This document shows, piece by piece, positions 10,591 through 20,673 of a DNA stretch of 42,751 bases. Within the stretch, counting starts at the first letter, position 1. Every line of letters begins with the position of its first letter. Both the position numbers and the translations under genes were made by a program. The notes beneath the pieces were generated by a model. The model was not told the origin of the DNA, searched no databases, and was given only the letters and a program-made list of their open reading frames with translations. The stretch is taken from the sequence record SRR20825019_2135, one strand, 5' to 3'.

Positions 10591-11488
10591 TGTCGCTGGC
10601 CGCATCCTTTTCCTGCACAGGCCCCGGTATATGGATACGCACCTTATATATCCGGCGCGGGTCAGCGTCCACCACCTCAAAACGATACCCACTTTCATGG
10701 GAGATCATTTCACCGATTTCAGGTACACAGCCCGCGAGGGTGAAAACGAGACCGCCCAGCGTGTCGACATCTTCATCATCTTCTTCCGGCAGAAGGTCGA
10801 TGCCCAGCTCGTCCTCAAGCTCATCAATTTCAATGCGGGCATCGGCGTCATAGCCGCCCGCCTCGATAGGGATGATGTATGGGTCTTCGATGGTGTCGTG
10901 CTCGTCTTCTATCTCGCCGACAATTTCTTCAACGATATCCTCAACGGTAACAAGACCGTCGGTGCCGCCATACTCATCCACCACAATAGCCATATGGGTA
11001 CGCGCAACACGCATTTTGGCAAGCAGGTCGATCACCTTCATGGATGGCGGTACAAAAAGCACGGGCCGCTGGATGCTTTCAACCTTGAACGCTTCCGCAT
11101 CAAGCCCGTCGGCCACAACCTTGAGCGCGTCTTTCACATGCACCATGCCCACAACTTCATCCAGCGTTTCCCGGTACACGGGCATCCGGGAATGTGAGCC
11201 GTCAGCAAATATCCTGACCAGATCAGCGAATGAAATTTCATTGGAAACCGAGAGGATATCGGCGCGCGGCACCATCACGTCATCAACACGCAGCCCCGCA
11301 TATTCAATAACATTAAAAAGCATTTCGCGCTGTTCCTGGCCAAGGGCCGGGGCGCGGGTTTCTTCTTCATGTTCCTCAAGCGCCTCTTCAAGGCTCTCCC
11401 GAAGGCTGGTTTCGTTCGCACGAAAACCGAGCATGTCTTTTAGGGAGCGTATGAAACCACCCTGGTTCTTTACGCCTTCATCAGTCAT
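10577..11488 (-). CDS. corC: CBS/CorC-HlyC magnesium/cobalt efflux family protein
   Basis: VMVPRADI, HSRMPVY, AIVVDEYGGTDGLVTVEDIVEEIVGEIEDEHD. Confidence 0.9.
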   Translation of the reverse strand: MTDEGVKNQGGFIRSLKDMLGFRANETSLRESLEEALEEHEEETRAPALGQEQREMLFNVIEYAGLRVDDVMVPRADILSVSNEISFADLVRIFADGSHSRMPVYRETLDEVVGMVHVKDALKVVADGLDAEAFKVESIQRPVLFVPPSMKVIDLLAKMRVARTHMAIVVDEYGGTDGLVTVEDIVEEIVGEIEDEHDTIEDPYIIPIEAGGYDADARIEIDELEDELGIDLLPEEDDEDVDTLGGLVFTLAGCVPEIGEMISHESGYRFEVVDADPRRIYKVRIHIPGPVQEKDAASDNAGK

Positions 11489-12080
11489 TGGTCTCGTCCG
11501 TCACAAGTGTCACTTCATAGGGATCAGGGATATCAAGTCCCGCAAGAATGTCACGCTCAAGCGCTTCCATTTCTGAAGCCTCATCATCCTCGATATGGTC
11601 ATAACCCATCAAATGTAAAACCCCATGAACCGATAAATGGGCCAAATGATGGAAAAGCGGTTTGTTTTGTGCCTGCGCTTCTGTGGCAACAACGGGGGCA
11701 CAGATCACCATATCACCGAGCATTACCGGCGGACCGCCCGCCAATGCAAACTGAAAAGCATCATGCAAATCATCCGGCTCTGTCGCCGGAAAGGATAGCA
11801 CATTAGTGGGATAATCCTTGCCGCGATACTCGGCGTTCAGCGCCCGGCTTTCATCCGCGCCGGTGATAATGACCGAAAGGTCCATCGGTGCCGCGACCTT
11901 GAGCGCGGAAGCACGGAGCGCAGCCACAACCGCAGCCACCACGGTTTTTTCAACCGCAGCCGAGCCGCCAAGGTCTGCGCTACCGAGACTGGTGTCACGT
12001 TGTTCGAAATCGAGGGTGAGATCGGGAAGCATGCCTATAGCCTCCCGACCGTCGGTACTAGATGAAGGGTCGTCGTTCAT
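11481..12080 (-). CDS. ybeY: rRNA maturation endoribonuclease YbeY
   Basis: LNAEYRGKDYPTNVLSFP, HGVLHLMGYDH. Confidence 0.96.
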   Translation of the reverse strand: MNDDPSSSTDGREAIGMLPDLTLDFEQRDTSLGSADLGGSAAVEKTVVAAVVAALRASALKVAAPMDLSVIITGADESRALNAEYRGKDYPTNVLSFPATEPDDLHDAFQFALAGGPPVMLGDMVICAPVVATEAQAQNKPLFHHLAHLSVHGVLHLMGYDHIEDDEASEMEALERDILAGLDIPDPYEVTLVTDETND

Positions 12081-12089
12081 TGTCCTGCC

Positions 12090-13139
12090 TTAACGCCCGT
12101 CCTCGTCGCCATACGCTTCGACGATCCGGCCCACAAGAGGGTGACGAACCACGTCGCGCTGCGTGAAGCGGGTAACGGCAATACCCTCAACCCCGCGCAG
12201 GATATCCAGCGCGTTTCTGAGGCCAGAGCGGGTGCCGCGCGGCAAATCCACCTGGGTGATATCGCCGCAAATGGCCATGCGCGAATTTTCCCCGAACCGG
12301 GTGAGGAACATCTTCATCTGCATGGGGGTGGTGTTTTGCGCCTCGTCAAGAATGACAAAGGAATTGGCGAGCGTACGCCCGCGCATATAAGCAAGCGGCG
12401 CAATCTCGATCTGTCCGCTGGCGATGCGTTTTTCAACCTGCTCCGCAGGCATCATGTCATAAAGTGCGTCATAAAGTGGCCTGAGGTAAGGGTCTACCTT
12501 GTCCCTGAGGTCACCGGGCAGGAAACCAAGGTTTTCACCCGCCTCAACCGCAGGCCTTGAGAGCACGATACGGTCAATCTCGCCCGCCAACATACGGGCG
12601 ACGGCCATGGCAACTGCCAGATAGGTTTTGCCCGTCCCCGCAGGGCCGACACCAAACACCATCTCGCTTTTGAGAAGGTTGGAAATATAGTCGGCCTGAC
12701 CGGGTGAACGTGGCATCACAACCCGGTTGCGGGTGGTAATTTTAAGCCGGTCGTTTCCATTGTTGCCGCCGGGTACCGGTTTCGCCGGAAGGGTGTCACC
12801 GCTTTTCTGTACGGGCTCAACGCCTTCCATCATTCGGACAGCGCCGTCAACCTCACCGACATCGACCGCCTGACCGCTTTGGGCCATCCGGTAAAGATCG
12901 TTCAGGACCTTGCGCGCAACATCGGCGCGGTCCACGCTTCCTTCGATAGCAACACGGTTACCACGGTTGATAAGCACGACCCCTAACCTCTGCTCAATGC
13001 GGGCGAGGTTTTTGTCATGCTGTCCGTAGACGATGGCGGCTAATCGATTGTCTTCGAATTCGACCACCTTGCGGGTAGTCTGCTGGCTGTTTGATGGGTT
13101 GCCCGATGATTTGGGCGCATGGCTGGCCTTGGCATACAT
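12090..13139 (-). CDS. phoH: PhoH-like ATPase (YbeZ)
   Basis: GPAGTGKTYLA, RPAVEAGENLGFLPGD, YMRGRTL, ILDEAQN, DVVRHPLV; start uncertain. Confidence 0.93.
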   Translation of the reverse strand: MYAKASHAPKSSGNPSNSQQTTRKVVEFEDNRLAAIVYGQHDKNLARIEQRLGVVLINRGNRVAIEGSVDRADVARKVLNDLYRMAQSGQAVDVGEVDGAVRMMEGVEPVQKSGDTLPAKPVPGGNNGNDRLKITTRNRVVMPRSPGQADYISNLLKSEMVFGVGPAGTGKTYLAVAMAVARMLAGEIDRIVLSRPAVEAGENLGFLPGDLRDKVDPYLRPLYDALYDMMPAEQVEKRIASGQIEIAPLAYMRGRTLANSFVILDEAQNTTPMQMKMFLTRFGENSRMAICGDITQVDLPRGTRSGLRNALDILRGVEGIAVTRFTQRDVVRHPLVGRIVEAYGDEDGR

Positions 13140-13180
13140 ATCGTGCAGTTTGCGGCTCCTTTTTGCCGGCCCTAACACCG

Positions 13181-14584
13181 TTAGTTGAGGGCCCTGACAA
13201 GTTCCCCTTTAAGGCTGTTTGGCCCGGCTTCAACAATCCGTACCCGGACGAGTTTGCCCATAAACTTACTGTATGGTTTATCGCCCGTCAGGTCCAGCGC
13301 ATTGTCATGCTTTGTGAGATCAACATGAACCGACTGCAGATAGGGGCTACGGCCCAAAAGCTGGCCCTCAAGCTTGCCTTCGCGCTCAAGAAGCACATCC
13401 ATTTCGCGCCCAAGCGTACTTTCGTTAAATTCAAGCTGGTGCTCATTGATAAGCGCTTGCAGGCGTGCGAGCCGCTCTGACTTCACATCTTCAGGCACCT
13501 GATCCTCATTCACGGACGCAGGCGTGCCGGGGCGCGGGCTGTATTTAAAGCTGTAGGCTTGCGCGTATTTCACCCGGCGCACCAGGTCGAGCGTGTCTTC
13601 AAAATCTTCATCGGTTTCACCGGGGAAACCGACGATAAAGTCGCTTGAGAGCGCAAGGTCTGGTTTTGCTTCGCGCAGCCGTTCGATAACACGGAAATAT
13701 TCTTCCCGTGTGTGCTTGCGGTTCATGGCGTCCAATATACGGTCTGAGCCGCTTTGTACTGGCAGGTGCAGGTACGGCATGCAGGATGCGATATCGCGGT
13801 GCGCAAAAATCAGCTCATCATCCATATCGCGTGGGTGCGAGGTGGTGTAGCGGATGCGACCAAGACCATCGATCTTATCAAGTTCTGCGATCAAGGCGCC
13901 AAGGGTTGCGGTGCCACCCTTGCTGTCATCACCGTGGAAAGCGTTGACATTCTGCCCAAGCAGCGTGATCTCAACCACGCCTTTGGCAACAAGACGTTTG
14001 GCTTCATCGACGATATCTTTTACCGGACGACTGTATTCAGCGCCGCGGGTATAAGGCACCACGCAGAAGGTGCAAAACTTGTCACAGCCTTCCTGAATGG
14101 TGAGGAATGCGGCCGGGCCGTCAAAGTCGCTGTCGTCCGGCAGGTGGTCAAATTTGCTGTCAACCGGGAAGTCTGTATCCAGAACGCGGGCTGAGCGGCG
14201 ACCGCCAGAGCGTTGTTCTTCAGCTGATTTCAGCATGTCCGGCAGTCGGTGGTAGGTTTGCGGGCCCAGCACCATATCGATCGCGGGCGCGCGCTTCATC
14301 ATTTCAGGCCCTTCAGCCTGCGCCACACAACCAGCTACCGCGATATACATATTTTTACCGCCCTGAGCCTGCACTTCCTTTTGCGCTTTCAGGCGTCCAA
14401 TTTCAGAATAGACCTTCTCAGCGGCTTTTTCACGAATATGGCAGGTGTTGAGAATCACGAGATCAGCGTCATCCGCGCTCTCTGACTGCTCATAACCATG
14501 GGGTTTGAGAACATCGGCCATACGCTTGCTGTCATAGACATTCATCTGGCAGCCGTATGTTTTGATGAAGACTTTTTTACTCAA
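13181..14584 (-). CDS. miaB: tRNA-2-methylthio-N6-dimethylallyladenosine synthase
   Basis: [20 protein letters not shown], radical [23 protein letters not shown] start with AGGAG RBS. Confidence 0.97.
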   Translation of the reverse strand: MSKKVFIKTYGCQMNVYDSKRMADVLKPHGYEQSESADDADLVILNTCHIREKAAEKVYSEIGRLKAQKEVQAQGGKNMYIAVAGCVAQAEGPEMMKRAPAIDMVLGPQTYHRLPDMLKSAEEQRSGGRRSARVLDTDFPVDSKFDHLPDDSDFDGPAAFLTIQEGCDKFCTFCVVPYTRGAEYSRPVKDIVDEAKRLVAKGVVEITLLGQNVNAFHGDDSKGGTATLGALIAELDKIDGLGRIRYTTSHPRDMDDELIFAHRDIASCMPYLHLPVQSGSDRILDAMNRKHTREEYFRVIERLREAKPDLALSSDFIVGFPGETDEDFEDTLDLVRRVKYAQAYSFKYSPRPGTPASVNEDQVPEDVKSERLARLQALINEHQLEFNESTLGREMDVLLEREGKLEGQLLGRSPYLQSVHVDLTKHDNALDLTGDKPYSKFMGKLVRVRIVEAGPNSLKGELVRALN

Positions 14585-14660
14585 GCGACCTGCTCCTGCC
14601 TCGGTAACGTCGGGCTCACACACTGGCCCCAAAGGGGCTATTCTCTGAAAAAGGTGCCGG

Positions 14661-14688
14661 AGACTAGCATTAAAGCCCCCAGAGTCAA
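14661..14688 (-). promoter_or_regulatory. putative sigma70 promoter for miaB
   Basis: Minus strand TTGACT-N16-TAGTCT, preceded by GC as often seen in alphaproteobacterial -10 elements. Confidence 0.5.
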
Positions 14689-14755
14689 CAATCCGGTCAA
14701 GAAATCGAGGTCAAAGAGGGCAGTGTGGCAAAGCTTTCAGCGCGGCGGTGCTTGA

Positions 14756-15700
14756 CTACGCCGTGCCGATGGTGAGATCGGCCGGTGCCTCGATCACTTC
14801 CTTGCCCAGTGCAGGCCCCAGTGCAGGCCCCAGTGCAGGCAATGCCGCATGTTGCGGGCCCATTTTCAGCTCAGCCCGGTGCGCGCGTTCAAGCCCGCGC
14901 CGCACTTCCGCCTCACAATAAGCCGCCAGCGCCTTGCGAGACCCGGCTTCCGCCAGCGTTACCGGCGCATGAAACTCTATCACGGCCTCAACACGGGCGC
15001 GGCCCATCAGCTGGCGCAAATGACCAAACAGTTCCACATCGCCAAGCCAAGCCACCCATGGTTTCTGAGACCGCACGAGCGGGATGCCGTTCAGCTCAGT
15101 ATAGGCAAGTGTGACAGGCTGGATCACCAGATTATGATCGCTGGCTTCGTCCGCGCGTTCCGCCACAGAAAACAGCGCTGACTTAAACTGCGCCACCCGC
15201 ATGCCGTCCGTTGATGTGCCTTCCGGGAACAGGATGAGGCTATGGCCTTCCTGCACGCGTTCGGTCAGGGCATCACGCTGGCGCGCGCTCTCAGACCGGC
15301 GTTCCCGGTTTACAAATATGGTTTTATGCAGCTTACAGAGCGTGCCGATGAAACCCCAGCCCGCCACTTCAGATTTTGCAATGAAGCTTGCGTTCTCAAG
15401 GTGCCCGCCAAGCACGATGATATCGAGCCAGGAAATATGGTTGCAGGCGTAAAGAACCGGGCCTTTATGCCCAAGCTCCGCCCCACTGATGGTCACACGA
15501 ATGCCAAGGATACGGCACATGGTACGGTGCCAGAAGCCCGCCATGGGCCACCAGGCCTTGCGGGCAAACCGAACCAGAAAAAATTGGATGGGCAGAATGA
15601 AGATGGACGTGGCAACAACAAGGCTGATGCGTGCTATCCCTAAAATGGTCCAGCCGTCGCCACCAAGGTTGGATCTAAGCCCGCCGTATTCCTCCGCCAT
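14756..15700 (-). CDS. lysophospholipid acyltransferase (PlsC/OlsA family)
   Basis: NHISWLD (HxxxxD), FIAKSEV, LFPEGTS motifs. Confidence 0.9.
   Translation of the reverse strand: MAEEYGGLRSNLGGDGWTILGIARISLVVATSIFILPIQFFLVRFARKAWWPMAGFWHRTMCRILGIRVTISGAELGHKGPVLYACNHISWLDIIVLGGHLENASFIAKSEVAGWGFIGTLCKLHKTIFVNRERRSESARQRDALTERVQEGHSLILFPEGTSTDGMRVAQFKSALFSVAERADEASDHNLVIQPVTLAYTELNGIPLVRSQKPWVAWLGDVELFGHLRQLMGRARVEAVIEFHAPVTLAEAGSRKALAAYCEAEVRRGLERAHRAELKMGPQHAALPALGPALGPALGKEVIEAPADLTIGTA
14805..14840. repeat. 3 x 12-bp exact tandem repeat CCCAGTGCAGGC (encodes the PALG repeat)
   Basis: Read directly; in the acyltransferase C-terminal tail. Confidence 0.95.
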
Positions 15701-15746
15701 GTCTTCGCTCCGCAAACCCGCAACCGCCAAGGCTGCGGTGCGTCAG

Positions 15747-16172
15747 TTATTTCGCTTCTTTTATCGGCACGCCATATAGCTCCATCCGGTGGTCCACCAG
15801 TTTGTAGCCAAGCTTGCGTGCAATCTCTTCTTGCAGCTTTTCTATTTCATCATTGTGAAACTCGAGCACTTCGCCTGTTTCCACATTGATGAGATGGTCA
15901 TGATGCTCGTCAGACACCGGCTCGTAGCGTGAGCGTCCGTCCCGAAAATCATGCCGCTCCAGAATGCCCGCTTCTTCAAAAAGGCGAACGGTGCGATAAA
16001 CGGTTGCGATACTGATGCCGGAATCGATTGCCGTTGAGCGGCGATAAACCTCTTCCACATCAGGGTGGTCGTCCGCCTCAGACAAAACCTTGGCGATAAC
16101 CCGCCGCTGGTCTGTCATCCGCATGCCTTTTTCCAAGCACAGGTCTTCAATATTCGGATGATCCATATTCAT
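15747..16172 (-). CDS. fur: Fur family transcriptional regulator (Fur/Mur)
   Basis: MRMTDQRRVI, DHPDVEEVY, ATVYRTVRLFEEAG, HHDHLI. Confidence 0.93.
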   Translation of the reverse strand: MNMDHPNIEDLCLEKGMRMTDQRRVIAKVLSEADDHPDVEEVYRRSTAIDSGISIATVYRTVRLFEEAGILERHDFRDGRSRYEPVSDEHHDHLINVETGEVLEFHNDEIEKLQEEIARKLGYKLVDHRMELYGVPIKEAK

Positions 16173-16307
16173 GACCTTTAGGCGCTCCTTAAGTCTCACT
16201 AATTCGGGAATATGTCCGGAAGATGGCACAGCAAAAAGCCAAGCGCAAGGCGCAGTAGGCCTTATTCTGGCTCTGCACCTGACGCAATCTTTAAGAGGCG
16301 GGAAAAA

Positions 16308-16718
16308 TCAGCGTTTCTTGCCGCGACCAAGCCCGATTTTTTTTGCCAGATCCCGACGCTGTTTGGCGTAATTTGGCGCCACCATCGGATAGTCAGCCGG
16401 CAAACTCCAGCGCTCCCGATAATCATCCGGGGTCATGTCGTAACGGGTCTTGAGGTGACGCTTCAGCATTTTCAGCTTCTTGCCATCCTCAAGGCAAATC
16501 AGGAAATCAGGTGTAATCGACTTTTTGATCGGCACAGCCGGATCAGGAAGTTGTTCTGTGGCTAGCCCATCGCTACCCAGCCCTTTGAGCGTACCGAATA
16601 TTTGTTGAATCAGATTTGGCAACTCATCTACGGCAACAGAATTATTTGATACATGCGACGCGACAATCTCTACGGTCAGCGCCAGCAGTTCTTCATTTAC
16701 GAGTTTGTCTTGCTCCAT
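16308..16718 (-). CDS. mucR: MucR/Ros family transcriptional regulator
   Basis: IVASHVSNN, PAVPIKKSI, ICLEDGKKLKMLKRHL, YRERWSLPADYPMVAPNYA. Confidence 0.95.
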   Translation of the reverse strand: MEQDKLVNEELLALTVEIVASHVSNNSVAVDELPNLIQQIFGTLKGLGSDGLATEQLPDPAVPIKKSITPDFLICLEDGKKLKMLKRHLKTRYDMTPDDYRERWSLPADYPMVAPNYAKQRRDLAKKIGLGRGKKR

Positions 16719-16830
16719 ATCCCTCAGTCCGGCTACCAGGTTTGAACTGGAACTTGTCTTTTGTTACGTTTTCCCTTTAAGGAAAACCTGAAATATACTC
16801 TACAAATATTTGCACTCAGGAACCCACGGC

Positions 16831-17130
16831 ATGCTCAAGTCGGATCTCTCACAACCCCTGGACTTGCGCGGCGCCTTTTGCCCCATGGCCTTTGTCAAAA
16901 CCAAAGTCCATCTGGACAAGCTTTTGCCCGGCGATGTGACAACCATCCTTTTTGAGGATACACCACCAAACGAACCCCTTGTTCGGTCCATCCAATCCCT
17001 TGGTCACAAGGTTTTGGAGGTAACACCGGTTGAAGCAGAATTGGAGCCCCCCAAAGCCGGACATTCAAAAGCTTCCCCCACGAACGGTTCTTCACAGTTA
17101 ACCCTACTTAAAATTGAAGTAAATAGTTAA
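16831..17130 (+). CDS. TusA/SirA family sulfur carrier protein
   Basis: LDLRGAFCPMAFVKTK (CPxP-like motif), about 99 aa. Confidence 0.8.
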   Translation: MLKSDLSQPLDLRGAFCPMAFVKTKVHLDKLLPGDVTTILFEDTPPNEPLVRSIQSLGHKVLEVTPVEAELEPPKAGHSKASPTNGSSQLTLLKIEVNS

Positions 17131-17143
17131 ACCGGCTTTTTAT

Positions 17144-17689
17144 TTAAATTTCTTTGTGATCACATGCTGTTTTCAAAAACAAAGCCAAACATAGAGCATC
17201 AACATGATTACCACTTCGTGTCTTGTAGTAGTTTGATCTTTTGCCAATTTTTTCAAAACCCAGGTCTGAATACAGTTTAACTGCACGAAGATTATCAGCC
17301 CTTACCTCCAGAAACAGTTTTTCTACGCGCTCGTCCTCAAGGCAAAGTCGCATTTTCAGCATAAGCGCGCGGGCCACGCCCTGCCCCTGAAATGCAGGCA
17401 GCGTCGCCAGTGTAATCAGCTCGGCTTCTCCGGCGACCATGCGATAAAGCGCAAAACCCGCAGGCGCATCCTCTGTGTTGTCACCTTCTATATGTGCCAA
17501 CAGAAGATGAACCCCGGATGAAGCCATCAGGTCTTCAATCGCCTGCGCACTCCAGCCTTCTTCATCCAGCGGGCTGAAAGCCTCTTTGTGGATGGTGGCA
17601 CAAAGCGCTGCGCCCTCCGCGCCAGACAGATCAATGTTTTTGACGATAATATTTGAAGGCGAGGTTCGGCTCATGCCATCACCCGTCAT
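17144..17689 (-). CDS. rimI: RimI-like GNAT acetyltransferase
   Basis: EAELITLA, QGQGVARALM, FLEVRADN..A..LY..LGF...R.NYY; ATGA overlap with tsaB. Confidence 0.88.
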   Translation of the reverse strand: MTGDGMSRTSPSNIIVKNIDLSGAEGAALCATIHKEAFSPLDEEGWSAQAIEDLMASSGVHLLLAHIEGDNTEDAPAGFALYRMVAGEAELITLATLPAFQGQGVARALMLKMRLCLEDERVEKLFLEVRADNLRAVKLYSDLGFEKIGKRSNYYKTRSGNHVDALCLALFLKTACDHKEI

Positions 17690-18351
17690 TGCTGAATGGG
17701 TAAAAGCGCCTTGGCTTTCACCGCATCAGCCGCGCGGAAATAGGCAGGCTCTGGCAGATAATCTTTTGGGTCGAGGTTTGATGCGAGCCGCGCAAGCATC
17801 ACCGGGTCCACCACCGCGCCCTGCGCGTCATCGTCCAGAAGCACTGCGCCACTGCCAATCACCACACCGGGGGCCGCTGCCACCAGCGCCGCGATATCTG
17901 CGCCGTCAAGGCCGCCTGGCTCACCAAGGCTTTCAGGCAATTCGCCCGGCCGTGCGCTAAAGGCCTGGTAAAATGCCTGCCCGCCCCGGCCCATAAGTAC
18001 CGCGTGCACCCGCTCACCCTCTCCCGCGCCAGCCTGCGCAGCCAGCACTTGAAGGCTGGTCAGCCCGATCACGGGTTTGTTGAGTGCAAGGCCAAGCCCC
18101 CGCGCCACTGAAAGCCCAATGCGTAAGCCGGTAAAAGTGCCGGGGCCAACCGTTACTGCGATGCGCTCAACGCCATCATAGGTACAGCTAGCTTCATGGA
18201 GCATTTCGTCTATCATCGGCAAAAGCCGCTCGGCGTGCCCGCGGCCAATGGCCTCAGACCGTGCAGCCAACACCGCATCACCCGCCACCAGGGCGGCGGA
18301 GCAACTGCCTTCGCAGGTATCAATTGCCAAAATAATGCCGGGGGTTGCCAT
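17686..18351 (-). CDS. tsaB: t6A biosynthesis protein TsaB
   Basis: ILAIDT, GHAERLLPMI, VTVGPGTFTGLRIG. Confidence 0.94.
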   Translation of the reverse strand: MATPGIILAIDTCEGSCSAALVAGDAVLAARSEAIGRGHAERLLPMIDEMLHEASCTYDGVERIAVTVGPGTFTGLRIGLSVARGLGLALNKPVIGLTSLQVLAAQAGAGEGERVHAVLMGRGGQAFYQAFSARPGELPESLGEPGGLDGADIAALVAAAPGVVIGSGAVLLDDDAQGAVVDPVMLARLASNLDPKDYLPEPAYFRAADAVKAKALLPIQQ

Positions 18352-18469
18352 GCTTATAGGTCCGTTCGCAAGATGCGCGGTGCAATATTAAAGAAGCACC
18401 TTCTTCGCGCCCCGTCTTGCCAGTTTGCGCCAAACAAGGCAAGACTAGGCATCAAATGAGGGACCTCAG

Positions 18470-19537
18470 ATGAAAAATAGCGCGACCCTGAAACGGCATA
18501 ATGAGATTTGGCACAAACTTCTGGCCTCCTTGCTGGCGGTCGCGCTTCTCGGCAGCAGCGCAGCCTTCGCGGACCAATCCGCCGCCATACTCCTGTACCA
18601 CCGCTTCGGGGAAGATGATTACCCCAGCACCAACGTGCGGCTGGAACAGCTAGACGCCCAGATCAAAGAACTGAAAGAAAACGGTTCTAATTTCCTGCCC
18701 CTTGGTGAGATTGTCCGCCGCCTCAAGGCCAACGAAGCGCTGCCTGAGCGCACCGTCGCCATTACGGTGGATGACGCCTATAAATCTGTAGCTGATCATG
18801 CATGGCCCCGGCTCAAGCGGGCCGGTATTCCCATGACGCTTTTTGTCTCCACCGAGCCGGTGGATAGCCCCAGCAGCAACTATATGGATTGGGATGACGT
18901 GCGCGCACTTCACAGTGACGGCGTCGAGATCGCGCATCACACAGCCACCCACCTCCATATGATTGACGCCGGGCTTGAAGCCGCCATGGCCGATGTGCGT
19001 ACCGCCAGCGCGCGCTTTGAAGCCGAGCTTGGTTTTGTACCCAAGCTGTTTGCCTACCCTTACGGCGAATATAATACCGAGATCAAAACCGCGATTGAGA
19101 AGGAAGGTTTCACTGCCGCTTTCGCGCAGGTTTCAGGTGCAGCTGCAGCGTGGAGCGACGCCTACAGCCTGCCGCGCTTCCCGGTGAATGAGCGGTACGG
19201 CGAGATGGACCGCTTCAGGCTGATCGCGGGCACCATGGCCTTGCCGGTCAGCGATGTGGTGCCGCTTGAACCGCTTCTCACGGAGGATCGCAACCCGCCG
19301 CTTTTTGGTTTCACCGTTGATGATAGCGTGCGCGGGCTGTCAGCCCTTGCCTGTTACCCAAGCCATCTGGGCAAACCGGCGGAACTTTTAACGCTTGAGG
19401 GCAACCGTATAGAAGTACGGTTCAAGGAACCCTTCCCCAAAGGGCGCAACCGTATCAATTGCACGCTCCCGGCTGGTCAAGGCCGCTGGTATTGGCTTGG
19501 TCAGTTTTTCTATGTGCCCGGCGGGGTGCTGGACTAG
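18470..19537 (+). CDS. secreted polysaccharide deacetylase (CE4)
   Basis: Signal peptide; LLYHRF, ITVDDAY, HHTATH, FAYPYGE, LPRFP. Confidence 0.9.
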   Translation: MKNSATLKRHNEIWHKLLASLLAVALLGSSAAFADQSAAILLYHRFGEDDYPSTNVRLEQLDAQIKELKENGSNFLPLGEIVRRLKANEALPERTVAITVDDAYKSVADHAWPRLKRAGIPMTLFVSTEPVDSPSSNYMDWDDVRALHSDGVEIAHHTATHLHMIDAGLEAAMADVRTASARFEAELGFVPKLFAYPYGEYNTEIKTAIEKEGFTAAFAQVSGAAAAWSDAYSLPRFPVNERYGEMDRFRLIAGTMALPVSDVVPLEPLLTEDRNPPLFGFTVDDSVRGLSALACYPSHLGKPAELLTLEGNRIEVRFKEPFPKGRNRINCTLPAGQGRWYWLGQFFYVPGGVLD

Positions 19538-19572
19538 GGTAGCGGTCGTGCCCAGGGCCTAAGTTCAAGGGC

Positions 19573-20136
19573 CTAGTCGATCGCGCGCACATCCACAACT
19601 TCCGGCACATAATATTTGAGAAGGTTCTCAATACCGTGCTTGAGCGTGATTGTGCTGCTTGGGCAGCCTGAACACGCGCCCTGCAGTTGAAGGTAAACAA
19701 CACCTTCCTTGAAACCACGATAGATAATATCGCCACCATCACCCGCGACCGCCGGGCGGATTTTTTCATCCAGCAGCGTTTTGATCTGGCTGGTGATATC
19801 AGCATCGGCTTCGTCTTCATCCACCGCGAGGTCTTCACCGTTTGAGCTTGGATGCGTGAGCACTGGCGCGCCAGACGAGAAAAACTGCATCAGGCCCGCA
19901 AGCACATTTGGCTTCACGTCTTCCCACTCGGTCTCGGTGGCTTTGGTGATGGTGATGAAGTCATAGCCAAGGAACACACCGGCAACACCGTCGAGCCGGA
20001 ACATGGCTTCCGCAAGCGGAGAGGCATCCGCACCCTCGGGGCTTGCGAAGTTGGCTGTGCCTGTCTCCAGAACAGCGCGGCCCGGCAGGAATTTCAGCGT
20101 ATCGGGGTTCGGTGTGGCTTCGGTTTCGATAAACAT
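19573..20136 (-). CDS. Nfu/NifU-family Fe-S carrier (Nfu_N plus NifU-C)
   Basis: MFIETEATPNPDTLKFLPG; IRPAVAGDGGDI; GACSGCPSS. Confidence 0.93.
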   Translation of the reverse strand: MFIETEATPNPDTLKFLPGRAVLETGTANFASPEGADASPLAEAMFRLDGVAGVFLGYDFITITKATETEWEDVKPNVLAGLMQFFSSGAPVLTHPSSNGEDLAVDEDEADADITSQIKTLLDEKIRPAVAGDGGDIIYRGFKEGVVYLQLQGACSGCPSSTITLKHGIENLLKYYVPEVVDVRAID

Positions 20137-20163
20137 GACTAAATCCTTCTTGATTTAGCCTCC

Positions 20164-20192
20164 ATGTGGTGTTTTTTTGCTCACCCGTCAAG
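20164..20192 (-). promoter_or_regulatory. putative RpoH-type promoter for nfu
   Basis: Minus strand CTTGAC-N17-CCACAT, resembling alphaproteobacterial sigma32 promoters. Confidence 0.4.
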
Positions 20193-20268
20193 TCACAAGA
20201 TAGCGACATGCTGGCGCACCACCCAAAAGAAAGCCCTGAAATCAGGCTTAAAATATAGGTCTAAGGCC

Positions 20269-20616
20269 CTACAGCCCCAGAAACAATCCGGCACCAACAA
20301 GCAGTTCCGCTGCGATCCAGCCGCGCCAGAACTCTTCATCGTTTTCACTCAGGTCGGGCGGGAAAACACCTTCAAGGAAAGCCGTGATCTCAGGGACCAC
20401 CGTGTCCCAGCTATGGTCTTTATCTTTATAAACAGACACATAGTCCTGCCCGACAGCAACCGACGCCACGCCAACAATTTCGAACAATTTCTCAGCAAGC
20501 GGTGACCCCGCAGCAGATGACCGGTCGGGAAAATGTATGGCAGCACCGGTGTGCACCATTCGGTGCAGAAGGAAATTGCAGCGCTCATCGCTCGCAGTAT
20601 GCTCAAGCTCGATCAT
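20269..20616 (-). CDS. stand-alone Nfu/NifU N-terminal scaffold-domain protein
   Basis: SPLAEKLFEIVGVASVAVGQDYVSVYK...W aligns with SPLAEAMFRLDGVAGVFLGYDFITITK...W of the adjacent Nfu; no CxxC domain. Confidence 0.75.
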   Translation of the reverse strand: MIELEHTASDERCNFLLHRMVHTGAAIHFPDRSSAAGSPLAEKLFEIVGVASVAVGQDYVSVYKDKDHSWDTVVPEITAFLEGVFPPDLSENDEEFWRGWIAAELLVGAGLFLGL

Positions 20617-20673
20617 GAAGTCCGCCCTTGTTTTTCCGCTCTAAAATATATTTAGGAACACAGCGGGGTGGGT

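Noticed and set aside
16768-16787. GTTTTCC-N6-GGAAAAC palindrome upstream of mucR
   Set aside because: Short, in AT-rich DNA; cannot be assigned to a factor
17098-17122. TTAA clusters resembling CtrA boxes
   Set aside because: N6 spacing or mismatched, and inside the tusA-like 3' end
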